Below, piece by piece: positions 40,322 through 50,063 of a stretch of 60,615 nucleotides of DNA (position 1 is its first letter; each line of letters begins with the position of its first letter). The stretch comes from an uncultured virus (IMG/VR IMGVR_UViG_3300046314_000297) (Duplodnaviria; Heunggongvirae; Uroviricota; Caudoviricetes): IMG/VR virus record IMGVR_UViG_3300046314_000297; one strand, given 5' to 3'. The notes beneath the pieces are model-generated. The model searched no databases. It saw only the letters and a program-made list of their open reading frames with translations, and was not told the origin of the DNA. The position numbers were made by a program, and so were the translations under genes.

Positions 40322-43300
40322 ATGGCAACCAAGAACGCGAACGCAGATTTCGTTTTCGAACTCGTTATGAAGATGGCGGGCGGGGCGGACAAGTATTCAA
40401 TCCACACTCAGGGCGCAATCTGGGCTGAGTGTCAGCGCAACTCATCACTACAAACGCTAGCGGGAATGTATCTCGTTGGTTCATCAGCACGCGCAGAGAA
40501 CAACCTAAAGAAGTTGCGCTCTGCCGTTTACTCAACATTCCTAGAGAGGAACTAATAATGGCAATGTCATACGGAGAGCGTAAAGCGCAAGCAATCGCTA
40601 GGCGTAATGCGGAACTACTCACGCGAGATTCTATGTTGGAGATTCGCAGTATTCTAAGTCCAATGCCCTACGCGCCTAAGTCGGTGCTAGAGGGCGTGCC
40701 GTTCGTAATAGAGAACTTGACCCCAATGGAATTAGATGTGGAGTTCGTGGGCGACACAATCACAATCAAAGAAGCGGTGCGCTAATGCGGGCGTGGCACT
40801 TGCTCAAGTATCGAACTTGGCGCGTGGTCGGTTCGCTGGCGTTCGGTCTGTATCACCGCTCTGCTCAATGGTCTCACGAAGCGTTCGTGCGGGCTGGCAA
40901 GTCTGGTGCGGACAATGACTAGGGGCGAGAGTCTGGCTGTTCTTTTACGCTCGGTGGCTGGCGGTCTGGGATTTGTCTGGCTGTTTGGTTTTGCCGTTGG
41001 CTGGCAAGACCCTGTATCGCCGTTCGTTGTTTCCACACTTGCCGTTGGATTCTTGTGGGGTGCGTGGCGCGTGGGTCGTTAGTGACCCCGCGTTCGCGCT
41101 TGCGTGCGGACTATTCATTTTTTCCCTAATCCCCCTGCGGGCACACGGATGATTTGACTTTCATTTGCGGAGTAGGGTAGGCTAGTCGTAGACCAGCCAA
41201 GGGGGCTGGGGAGAGGGGCATCATGATTCACATCTTCTGTGCGGACTGCGACGGCTGGGACTCGTTCCCATCTGGCGGGTCACACAACTGCGAGACCGTC
41301 GAGTTCGTTACCAACCCATCCGCTGGGTTCATCGGTGGCGACTGCTGGTTCGGGGACGACTCGGACTACTAGGCGAAAGCCTAGCCAACCCCTCACCTTC
41401 GGGTGGGGGGTTTCTTTCTGTTCGTGAGAAGTTGTCTGTGCGGGAGTGCTATTCATTTTTTCCCTAGGCGACACGCTTGCGGGGGGTATGATTTGACTTT
41501 GCCGGAGGATGTGTTAGGCTAGTCCTAGGACAAGCCAAAGGGGCTTGCCAGAAAAGGGGATTCAAAATGTTCGGTCAGACTTTCTCAGGAATCGAAATCA
41601 CTGTTCGCGAAGCAAACGGCTCAATCGTATGTGCGCCAACCTACGAAGCACACACCACGGCGAAGCAGTTGGAACTTATCAACGCAACCAAAGCAATGCT
41701 TACCGCTGGTCGCTCAATCACTTGGCGTTTGTTCTAAGCCAACTTCCAACGAAGCCCGTCACCTCGGTGGCGGGTTTTGTTTTGCCCTGTGGGTCTATTC
41801 ATTTTTTCGTCAAGTCGGGCATGCGGGTGACACGATTTGATTCGCGCACCGTAAAGTGCTAAGCTCATGGGTAGAGCTTCAAAGGGGGGCTCAATAGTTC
41901 AAAGGGGTATTTATGTTTGGGTTCAACGAGTGCGCACACTCTGAGTCGGAATCGTATGGCACTAGCCAGATTCATTGGGATGACCGCTCTGCGGGTATCG
42001 GCTGGGTTCAAGCTCCGTGCGCTGAGTGCGGGGAATCGCTAACATGGGTTATCAACGCATGAGCGCCCTGCTAGCAACCCGCGAGACTACTGCGGGCATT
42101 ATCGCGGGGATGCTTACCGAAAACACTGGTCGGAGCTTCCTAGACTCTGGGGGTGAATCGGGACGTGCGTGGCAGAGAAACGCGGGCATGACCGTGGCAG
42201 ACTTTGAAGCCCGCCCTGCGGGTACCTATGACGCTGAGTATGAGACGCTTACGGTAGACACATTCCATTACTTGAATGAGCTACTAACCTTTGACGCTGA
42301 GCGCACTGCGGAATGGGTGACCTTTGACGCTGAGCGGTCGCACCTATCGTGGGGCGAAACTTTGGATGAATGGCTTGACACTCTAGGCGTCCCTGCCGAA
42401 GGGGGTGGGGATTTTTACTCTAACGCGCGATGGGGATTCAACAGCTACAACTTTGATGGGTGTTTGCTGAGCTCCACGATTCAGGGCGTCAAGTTTGTCT
42501 CTGCGGGCACTGAGTACCTAGCCCTTCAGATTCATGGCGGGGCTGACGTGCGGGGCGGTTACACGGCATTCAAGATTTTCACTGGAGACATTGAATCAGT
42601 GATTCTCGGGACTACTCGCGCAACCCTGCGATGCCCTGAGTGCGACTTTTATGCGGGCTACTCCGATGGCATGTTGGAAGATTACTACCTAGGTGACGCG
42701 CTAGCTGACCCGAACATGTTGATTGAGATGGATGTGCCTACGGAGCTCCCTGCGGGATGGGCAATCTCTGACGGTTGCCCTTTGCATAAGGTCGCTCTGG
42801 TTTAGCTCTACTCGGGAACCCCTGCTTCGGCGGGGGTTTTCGCATGTGCGGGGGAGCTATTCATTTTTTCCTGCTCTGCAACGAGTGCGGGCGTGATTTG
42901 ACAAGTTTCGAATAGCTGATAGGATTTAGTCATAACTAAATAGCTCCAATTAACCGACAACCAAAGGGGACAACATGTCAACAGCAACAACTACCGCTAG
43001 CTTCTTCGTGCTAGCCGTCTCAACCAAGGGTGAGCTGCGCTTCACCCGTGGCAACAGCTTCGTTACTCGCGGTGCTGCAACCTTCGAAGCTTCTCAGAGC
43101 AACAAGCTCACTGAGCACCTTCGTGCTCAGGGATGGGACACTAGCTACAAAGTGTTCTCTGCCGATGAGCTCAACGCCCTGGGTGCGCTAGGTATTCGCA
43201 TCGGTGAAGCCTACTAGGCACACGCTCAAAGATGACCCCGCCATCGTGCGGGGTTTTCTTTTTGCTCAGGGGTTGCATTTATCTTGCGGGGCATGTATGA

Positions 43301-43789
43301 TTGACTTATCAAGTCAAGGTGACTTGGAGATAAGGGGTTCAAAATGAAAACACGTAACGCACGCGCATGGAGCGCAATCTTTATTCTTGGCATGGCAGTA
43401 GTCGGCGCGGTCGACTTGAACAACATCCAATCAGCTGACGATGCCAGTGAATTCTTTGGGTACGTTGTCGCTGTAGACGTGGCCATGTTTGCGGTAGGCC
43501 TAGCCCTGTTCGCCTACAACATCGCAACCTTCAAGCGTTCAAAGGTAGGTGCATAATGACGCACGCGGTGTTGATTGAAGATGCACTTACGGGTGACCTT
43601 CTTGACCTTCGTTACTACTGCTCTGATTCATGCGCTCAGGATGACGTGGCCTACTCAGGATGGAATGGCTGCATTGAGCTCATGTTTGGGCAAGTGTGTG
43701 AGCGTGAAGGGTGTGAGAGCATCCTGCATGGCGTGAGCGAGTGTGTCTGCTCTGACGCTTCGTGTGTCGGGTCTCTGATAGACGTCTAG
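40322..43789 (+). CDS. Small cassette genes: 40322-40555, 40558-40785, 41223-41372, 41567-41737, 42044-42805, 42975-43217, 43344-43556, 43556-43789
   Basis: Promoter, RBS and terminator context. 42044-42805 has ENTGRSFLDSGG..GRAWQRN and LQIHGGADVRGGY motifs. Functions unknown. Confidence 0.65.
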
Positions 43790-44754
43790 CCCCTAAGCAT
43801 CCACGTTAGCCCCTAGCTCAGTGCTAGGGGTTTTCGTATGTCTGCGGGCACCTTATCCCTGCGGTGACCTTATAGGGGCGTCTCAGGGCGTATAGCCCCC
43901 TGCGGTGACAACTATCCTGCGCTCAGGGTTGCACGCTCTGCCACGGGTCTCTCTAGCCACGTGTGCCCCTATGCACTAGCGGGCGGGGTGTAGCTAGCTC
44001 ATGCTCATGAGTAGGTTGGTACCTAGGCATGGGCATGCTTATCACTGGAGATTCTGAGCATGACCTTTGTCTAGCCATGACCGGGCGCGTGAGCTATCGA
44101 TTGATGAGAGCATGAACAACAAGCAACCCTTCATGGGTAGCCGCTAGCGAGACGGGCATTAGGCGTGTGCATGAACACCTAGGCATGATAGGCAGCCATA
44201 GAATCCATGAGCGTGCTCACCTTGTCGCTCACGTGGCTAGGGGTTGTTGGCGTAGGGTGTAGGATAGGCATGCTTCTCAAACGGGCATGTATCAATTTGG
44301 AAAACATGCTTGACTTTGGTCGCGGGTTATGGTAGACTACTCCATCTTTTGGCGTGACGGACGGTGCTCCACGGCCGATTCAGGAAACGTTTCGAGAGGG
44401 GTCGATTTATAGCTGCTGCCCTCTCGCACCCCAAAAGCATTTCAACGTCAACCTTACCCTAGTGCCGTCGGTTGTCAAATTCCTCCTTGAATTCTCCTAC
44501 CTTAGACGCCCCTATTTCTAAAATCCCCCTCCACAAATTTTCAAAAAATACGTCCCAAGTTGCATCACGACCAAAAATCCGACATAATAGACGCAGTTAT
44601 TGTGCTACCATATTTAAACGGGAGCGCATTCAGCCACTAAAAGGTTGGATGTGCTTTTTTGCATCTCTGACAAGTACCACCCACAATTAAATAAGAAACA
44701 CCAAGACAAGAAACAGCTGAGTACTAACTCTCACCAGGAAAGGTAGGCTGCCTA

Positions 44755-45372
44755 ATGAAATGGATTTCATTTCTACTCACCGCATCAACCGCAGTAGGAG
44801 CCCCAATGGCCCCAGATCTGTCTGATGCAGCTCTAGTAGAGCAAATTTCTACAAATACAATGACAATAAGCACCTCCGCTACACCAAAGCAGCTATCTAG
44901 TGCAAACTTTTTAGCTAATCTGCCAGCCCTAAAGGCTAAGCAGACACTCCTTGAGCAGCAGGCAGCCCATGCGCAGCTAGTTGAGCTCAATAACCAGAAG
45001 ATGGCTACCGCCCTAGAACGTCTCAAAAAGACTGTTGGGCACACATGGTACGCCTTCTCCGGTGCCTCTCCCTCAGGTTGGGACTGTTCAGGCCTCGTTG
45101 TCTGGACTTATGAGCAGGTTGGAACCTCTCTGGAGCACCGAGCCACTCTCCAAGCCAATACCGGCGTTCAGACCACCTCACCACTGCCAGGCGATATTGT
45201 TGCCTTCACGTATAAGGGATCTAACTCCGCATATCACGTTGGCATTTATATTGGAGACGGTAAAATGATCCACGCCCCTAAAAAGGGCCATGTTACTGCC
45301 ATTGAAGATATTGGAACCTTCGGCGGAAACTACTCCATCATTGAATTCAGGCGTATCCTTACGCGTGAATAA
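44755..45372 (+). CDS. Secreted NlpC/P60 peptidase
   Basis: Y.FSG.SP.GWDCSGLV, PGDIV.F, HVGIYIGDGKMIHA, and an N-terminal signal-like sequence. Confidence 0.9.
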   Translation: MKWISFLLTASTAVGAPMAPDLSDAALVEQISTNTMTISTSATPKQLSSANFLANLPALKAKQTLLEQQAAHAQLVELNNQKMATALERLKKTVGHTWYAFSGASPSGWDCSGLVVWTYEQVGTSLEHRATLQANTGVQTTSPLPGDIVAFTYKGSNSAYHVGIYIGDGKMIHAPKKGHVTAIEDIGTFGGNYSIIEFRRILTRE

Positions 45373-45482
45373 CCACCTCTAAGGTAAGCCAACCAAGCAT
45401 TGCCTACCAGAAGTAAAGTCCTAGGGCCGACTATAAAGGGCCCTATTTCCATTCCCCGGGCAACATATGCTATGATAACCTC

Positions 45483-46120
45483 ATGATGACTACACAAGAC
45501 AAGTATTACTACGTTCTACTAGGCGTATTGCTCACGCTTTCCCTAGTATCTATCGCCATTTCCGCCTATTATCTGGCCCATCACTATGCCCGAAAGAGGC
45601 TAGCTGCCCTCCAAAAGAAGCACATTTCCGCCCTTTTAGGCGTAGCTTCCCCAGAAACTATCAAATACCTAGCCAAAAAGGATAAAAATGCCCGTTTTTA
45701 ACCCTCTAGTAGTACTTTTGACCGTATTTTCAGCGATTGCGCTTATTCTCGTTTTGCTTTTTCTAGCAGCAGCGTTTATAGTGTCTATAACGCCATTTGG
45801 CGACTACGACAACGACCCTCACGGAGGATTGCTTCTAGATGGAGAAGACTTTGACAATAAAGCTACAGCTTCACAGCGCCGATGAGCTAAGGGAGTCGCT
45901 CCCAACCAGCGGTGTATTCGACATGTTCGACTGCACAATCCGCATCAGCTATCCAATTGAGGCTACAACCGAAGAATTAGAGCGAATGGTTACGATTCTT
46001 GAGTCTGTAATCAACGTTCAGCGTCTAGAGACCCAGATTAATCTCGAAGACAATGAGTTCCGCTTCGAAATCACCGAGGTTCCAGCAGATTTCACCCGCA
46101 ACCGCCGCAAGTTTACTTAA
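45483..46120 (+). CDS. Two single-TM proteins (45483-45701, 45688-45885) and a hypothetical protein (45839-46120)
   Basis: Overlapping co-oriented ORFs. The first is leaderless after TATGAT. Confidence 0.55.
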
Positions 46121-46182
46121 TTTGACATCCACCAACCCACCAGATACACTTCAAGTACCAAATAACGACAAAGGACCACGAA

Positions 46183-46776
46183 ATGACTACCGAAATCAAC
46201 TACGTTAAGAAGAATCAAGAGCTTCCAGCTGAAATCAAGGAAGTTTTTGACACTCTTGTTTCAAACGAAGGTCGCGATCGCCTCATTCGAGAGCTCCGCC
46301 ACAAGCAGTGGACCCTTGAGGCTATTGCAGTAGCCTCTGGACTCACCCGAGAGCGTGTTCGACAGATCTCTAAGCTAACTCCGGAGGCCCCAGAGCCGGA
46401 TATCTCAGAGATTATCGACATTCCTACTCCGCCAATCAAGGCAGAGCGTCCAAAGCCGGTTTACATTGAGCCATCAGAGAAGGTTCTTGCTCGGCTTCTA
46501 GAGCTTCAGCCTTACGCACAGCTAGTTCGCTCCAATGGAATCAAGTACCGCGCAGAAGCAGAGGAATATACCTCGCTACTGAACTACGCACACACTGTTG
46601 AGGGTGTAACCCTCTACCGTTTGGCAAAGCGTCTCGGCGTAACTCACGGTGCACTACGTTTCCGCCTTGTCCGCTACGGCTACAAGACTCCAGTTACTGC
46701 TACCTCTAAGGTTTACACTCCAATTGTTGCCGAGAACCGCGCCAAGGAGTATGACTGGGAAGCACTAGTTAAGTGA
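46183..46776 (+). CDS. Double-HTH DNA-binding protein, sigma-70 region 4-like
   Basis: WTLEAIA..SGLTRERVRQI and a second HTH, TLYRLAKRLGVT. Upstream TTGACA...TACACT promoter. Confidence 0.75.
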   Translation: MTTEINYVKKNQELPAEIKEVFDTLVSNEGRDRLIRELRHKQWTLEAIAVASGLTRERVRQISKLTPEAPEPDISEIIDIPTPPIKAERPKPVYIEPSEKVLARLLELQPYAQLVRSNGIKYRAEAEEYTSLLNYAHTVEGVTLYRLAKRLGVTHGALRFRLVRYGYKTPVTATSKVYTPIVAENRAKEYDWEALVK

Positions 46777-46962
46777 TGCCACTACGTCTACCAGGATTCC
46801 GACACTATAACTTGCGTAAGCAGGGAAATAGGACCGTTTACTACGGAATCCTATTAGACGCTTTCAAAACTACCAAGCAGACCAAGCGCTACTACACGCT
46901 AGACATCTATCTCGGACATCACCTTTACGTTGTGTTCTGGGGAAACAGGGTAAACTAGGCAC

Positions 46963-49404
46963 ATGGGTAAATCAATTATGGAGATCCTTGCCGCTCTCCC
47001 GCCAGAAGAGCGCGAAGAAGCACTGCAAGGCATGGATCCAGAACAGCTTCTCTGGGACTGGTCTGTTTGGGGTCGTCCCGAGCAGCAAGCTCCTGAAGGC
47101 GACTGGAACATCTGGCTCGTCTTAGCCGGACGTGGGTTTGGAAAAGCTTTAGACGTAAACACGCCAGTGCCGACCCCTATCGGTTGGTCAACGATGGGCG
47201 AATTGCGCCCAGGTGATCGTGTCCTAGGTGCGGATGGTAAACCGACAATGGTAACATTCCATACTGGTGAACAATTCAACCGCACCTGCTACCGCATAAC
47301 CTTTAGCGATGGGGCTCAAGTAGTTGCTGATGCGGACCACCAGTGGACTGCCCGCGCCCGCAAAGATCGACGAGCTGCGCGAGAGTATCGTACTGTAACC
47401 ACTCAGCAAATGCTCGACGAGGGCTTAACCATTGGTCAGGCTAATCCTGAAGCCAACTGGCAAATGCCGATCAATAAAGCATTGCACCTACCGGAAGTTG
47501 ATTTACCAATCCACCCTTGGGTACTTGGCATATGGTTAGGCGATGGCTCGTCGTCAGCCGCTGAGGTGACTATGGGGCCAGAAGATATCGATGAGTTAAA
47601 AGCCTTAATGGCTGAAGTAGGCGAGCCTTTCAACGGTAAACCGCGCTCTAAAGATGGCAAAACTTGGACTATTGGATTTGGTCAACGCTCCATGCGTGAA
47701 CGTGCTCAGTCAGCCCAAGCGAGGCTACGAACGCTTGACGTGCTGAATAACAAACATATTCCAATGAGTTATTTGCGTGCTTCAGAGCAGCAACGCCGTG
47801 ATCTGCTTGCCGGACTTATTGACTCAGATGGCCACTGCGACCGCTCAACCGGAACTTTTGAAATAACAACCAACCGTGAAACACTGGCCTTAGATGTAGC
47901 TGAGCTAGTTCGCTCACTCGGATACCGCGCCAATATAGTTACTGGTAGAGCTACCATATACGGCAAAGATTGTGGCGCAAAGTATCGCATTACGTGGACA
48001 ACCCGATCGGGCGGTGGCTGGCTAAAGCGTAAGCAGCTATCAGATCGCAACCACCTAGGACAGCCTAACCGAAGTACTACCCGCTATGTTCATAACATAG
48101 AGTTGGTAGAGTCACGCCCTGTCTGTTGCATCACCGTAGATAATGATGATGAGCTCTATCTTGTCGGCGAAGAGATGCTAGTCACCCACAATACCCGTCT
48201 GGCTTCAGAGTGGGTTCGCGAACAAGCGAAGTACACTAATACTGGCCAACGCCGTTTCGCACTTGTTGCTCGTACTGCTGCTGACGTACGTGACGTTATC
48301 GTTGAAGGTGAGTCGGGCATTATGAATGTCACTCCGCCATCCGAGAAGCCCCTCTATGAGCCTTCGAAGCGTCGTCTAACTTGGCCTAACGGAAATACCG
48401 CCACACTGTTCACCGCTGATGAGCCTGACTCGCTTCGTGGCCCTCAGTTCACTCACGCATGGGGCGATGAGATCGCGGCTTGGCGTCAAACCCCGGATGC
48501 TGCGGGCATGACCGCGTTTGACAACCTCCGCGTTGGTACTCGTCTTGGTGCAAAGCCGAAGATTCTAGTTACCACCACCCCGAAGCGTACCCCCCTTCTC
48601 TACAAGCTCATTGAAGAAGCAGCCACCGGCCGAGTCTCCATCACCCGCGGTTCAACTATGGACAACGCCGGAAACCTTTCAGGTGCATACATGGACACCA
48701 TGCTTGGCGTTTACGAGGGAACCTCTCTTGCTCGTCAGGAGCTCTACGGTGAAATGCTTGAAGCCATGGAGGGTGCTCTCTGGACTGAAGAGTCTATTGA
48801 AGCTGGACGAGAGATCCAGTATCCTTTCTCTACACCTCTACGAGTAATCGGCGTTGACCCGAGCGTTGCCGAGAACCCGCGAGATGAATGTGGAATCGTT
48901 GTTGTTGCCTCTACCGCAGATAATGATCTTTACAAGCGCAATGCTTGGGTACTAGAAGATGCTTCTGTACTCGGAAGCCCGGATGTCTGGGCAAATCAAG
49001 TTGTCAAGATGGCGAGGAAGTGGGGTTGCCCAGTTGTTGCAGAAGTTAACCAGGGCGGTGCGTTGGTTCGCAATGCCATCAATACCATTGACCCAACAAT
49101 TAAAGTCCTTGAAGTCCACTCAAAGCAGGGTAAAGCGCTTCGGGCTGAGCCTATTACTCTTGCGTACGAGCAAGGGCGAGTCCACCATGTTGGTCATCTG
49201 GCTGATCTTGAGTCTCAGATGATCTCCTGGGTTCCAGGCGAAGGAAAGTCTCCTGACCGCGTCGATGCACTTGTTCACGCGCTCACTGCCCTACTAATCA
49301 AGCCACCTCCTGGGTTCACCGGTGGAAAGATCCGAGCTAAGTCTCTTTCTGACCGCCGCCTACCTGACACTCGCCTAGGCCGAGGAACATTCCGAGTACG
49401 ATGA
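46963..49404 (+). CDS. terL: Terminase large subunit with intein
   Basis: Walker A AGRGFGK/T split by the intein, LRGPQF...WGDE (Walker B), VTTTP, IGVDP, and SPDRVDA nuclease motif. Confidence 0.95.
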   Translation: MGKSIMEILAALPPEEREEALQGMDPEQLLWDWSVWGRPEQQAPEGDWNIWLVLAGRGFGKALDVNTPVPTPIGWSTMGELRPGDRVLGADGKPTMVTFHTGEQFNRTCYRITFSDGAQVVADADHQWTARARKDRRAAREYRTVTTQQMLDEGLTIGQANPEANWQMPINKALHLPEVDLPIHPWVLGIWLGDGSSSAAEVTMGPEDIDELKALMAEVGEPFNGKPRSKDGKTWTIGFGQRSMRERAQSAQARLRTLDVLNNKHIPMSYLRASEQQRRDLLAGLIDSDGHCDRSTGTFEITTNRETLALDVAELVRSLGYRANIVTGRATIYGKDCGAKYRITWTTRSGGGWLKRKQLSDRNHLGQPNRSTTRYVHNIELVESRPVCCITVDNDDELYLVGEEMLVTHNTRLASEWVREQAKYTNTGQRRFALVARTAADVRDVIVEGESGIMNVTPPSEKPLYEPSKRRLTWPNGNTATLFTADEPDSLRGPQFTHAWGDEIAAWRQTPDAAGMTAFDNLRVGTRLGAKPKILVTTTPKRTPLLYKLIEEAATGRVSITRGSTMDNAGNLSGAYMDTMLGVYEGTSLARQELYGEMLEAMEGALWTEESIEAGREIQYPFSTPLRVIGVDPSVAENPRDECGIVVVASTADNDLYKRNAWVLEDASVLGSPDVWANQVVKMARKWGCPVVAEVNQGGALVRNAINTIDPTIKVLEVHSKQGKALRAEPITLAYEQGRVHHVGHLADLESQMISWVPGEGKSPDRVDALVHALTALLIKPPPGFTGGKIRAKSLSDRRLPDTRLGRGTFRVR
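47146..48192 (+). mobile_element. Ala-initiated intein (class 3 signature) with LAGLIDADG endonuclease, 349 aa
   Basis: Begins ALDVNTP and ends VTHN/T. Block B ADHQW, block F VCCITVD. Endonuclease motifs LGIWLGDG and LAGLIDSDG. Confidence 0.92.
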
Positions 49405-49763
49405 AACTTATTAAAGATGTTTTCCCAGCTCACGTTGCTGTTGTTCCTGCCGGATTCACAGAGGATGTCACCGAGGTTCGCTCTATGCCGACTTCAGAGG
49501 GTGCCCATTATGTCGGGACGACTCGCGTTGTACTTACCTCTGACCTAATTGTGATTGCAGCTGATGGCCCACAGGGTCCAGTAATCATATTCCGCGAACC
49601 CTACACCGAGCTCATTCCAGAAACCTCCAAGGGAGCTGACATGCGCATTATCACAACCTCTGGAAAGATTGTTGCCTTCAAAAAAGACACCAACTGCGGA
49701 TGCGGTTCTCGCTTGCGTAGCTGGAATCCAATTAAGACTCTCAGCTCTACCAAGGACGAGTAA
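49401..49763 (+). CDS. Hypothetical protein with CGCG motif
   Basis: ATGA-coupled to terL. Confidence 0.65.
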   Translation: MKLIKDVFPAHVAVVPAGFTEDVTEVRSMPTSEGAHYVGTTRVVLTSDLIVIAADGPQGPVIIFREPYTELIPETSKGADMRIITTSGKIVAFKKDTNCGCGSRLRSWNPIKTLSSTKDE

Positions 49764-50050
49764 TGCCAGTAGACCCGTTTACGTTTGTTCTGCTCACGCT
49801 AGCCACCTACCGCCTAACTAGGCTCTTTCTTCTTGACGAAATCTTCTCTCCACTGCGCGAGTTTATCTGGAAGAAGTTCCCACCCCACACAAAGCTAGGC
49901 TACCTATTCACCTGCTTCTGGTGCTTCGGTTTATGGGCGTCTATACTAGTAGTAGTGCTCTATTTACTGGTCCCGACATTTGCGTATGTGGTATCATTAG
50001 TACTATCTATCTCCGCACTTGTTGGGATAGTATCCTCTCGTATGGATTGA
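49763..50050 (+). CDS. DUF1360-like membrane protein
   Basis: LATYRLTRL...D.IF.PLR.....L..C.WC.G.W. Confidence 0.75.
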   Translation: MPVDPFTFVLLTLATYRLTRLFLLDEIFSPLREFIWKKFPPHTKLGYLFTCFWCFGLWASILVVVLYLLVPTFAYVVSLVLSISALVGIVSSRMD

Positions 50051-50063
50051 CAGGGAGACCCTC

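Larger units (their letters stand above)
25834..42870 (+). repeat. 22 exact co-oriented copies of TATTCATTTTTTC upstream of promoters
   Basis: Starts at 25834, 25855, 30616, 31767, 32349, 33438, 33998, 34454, 35037, 35779, 36322, 36831, 37532, 37985, 38619, 39180, 39702, 40203, 41112, 41450, 41796 and 42858. All are intergenic. Confidence 0.97.
25895..43301 (+). promoter_or_regulatory. Series of sigma-A-type early promoters (TTGNNN-N16-18-TANNNT)
   Basis: -35 boxes at 25895, 26985, 28642, 30660, 31809, 32390, 33477, 34038, 34508, 35087, 35821, 36363, 37574, 38027, 38658, 39222, 39733, 40254, 41154, 41493, 41837, 42898 and 43273. Each has a spaced TANNNT. Confidence 0.8.

Noticed and set aside
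31315..41474. Minus-strand ORFs with recurring EKMN[TS] peptides
   Set aside because: These arise from the reverse complement of the box (GAAAAAATGAATA). They lack RBSs and run across promoters and terminators.
25834..42870. Repeats as a CRISPR array
   Set aside because: The repeat is 13 bp, spacing is irregular (mostly 0.3-1.2 kb) and contains genes, and there are no cas genes in the window.
25834..42870. Repeats as integron attC sites
   Set aside because: There is no RYYYAAC...GTTRRRY palindromic structure, cassettes have their own promoters, and no recombinase gene is visible in the window.
25834..42870. Box as merely the U tract of terminators
   Set aside because: The terminators usually have their own T tract upstream, and the box is spaced to the downstream -35 rather than to the hairpin.
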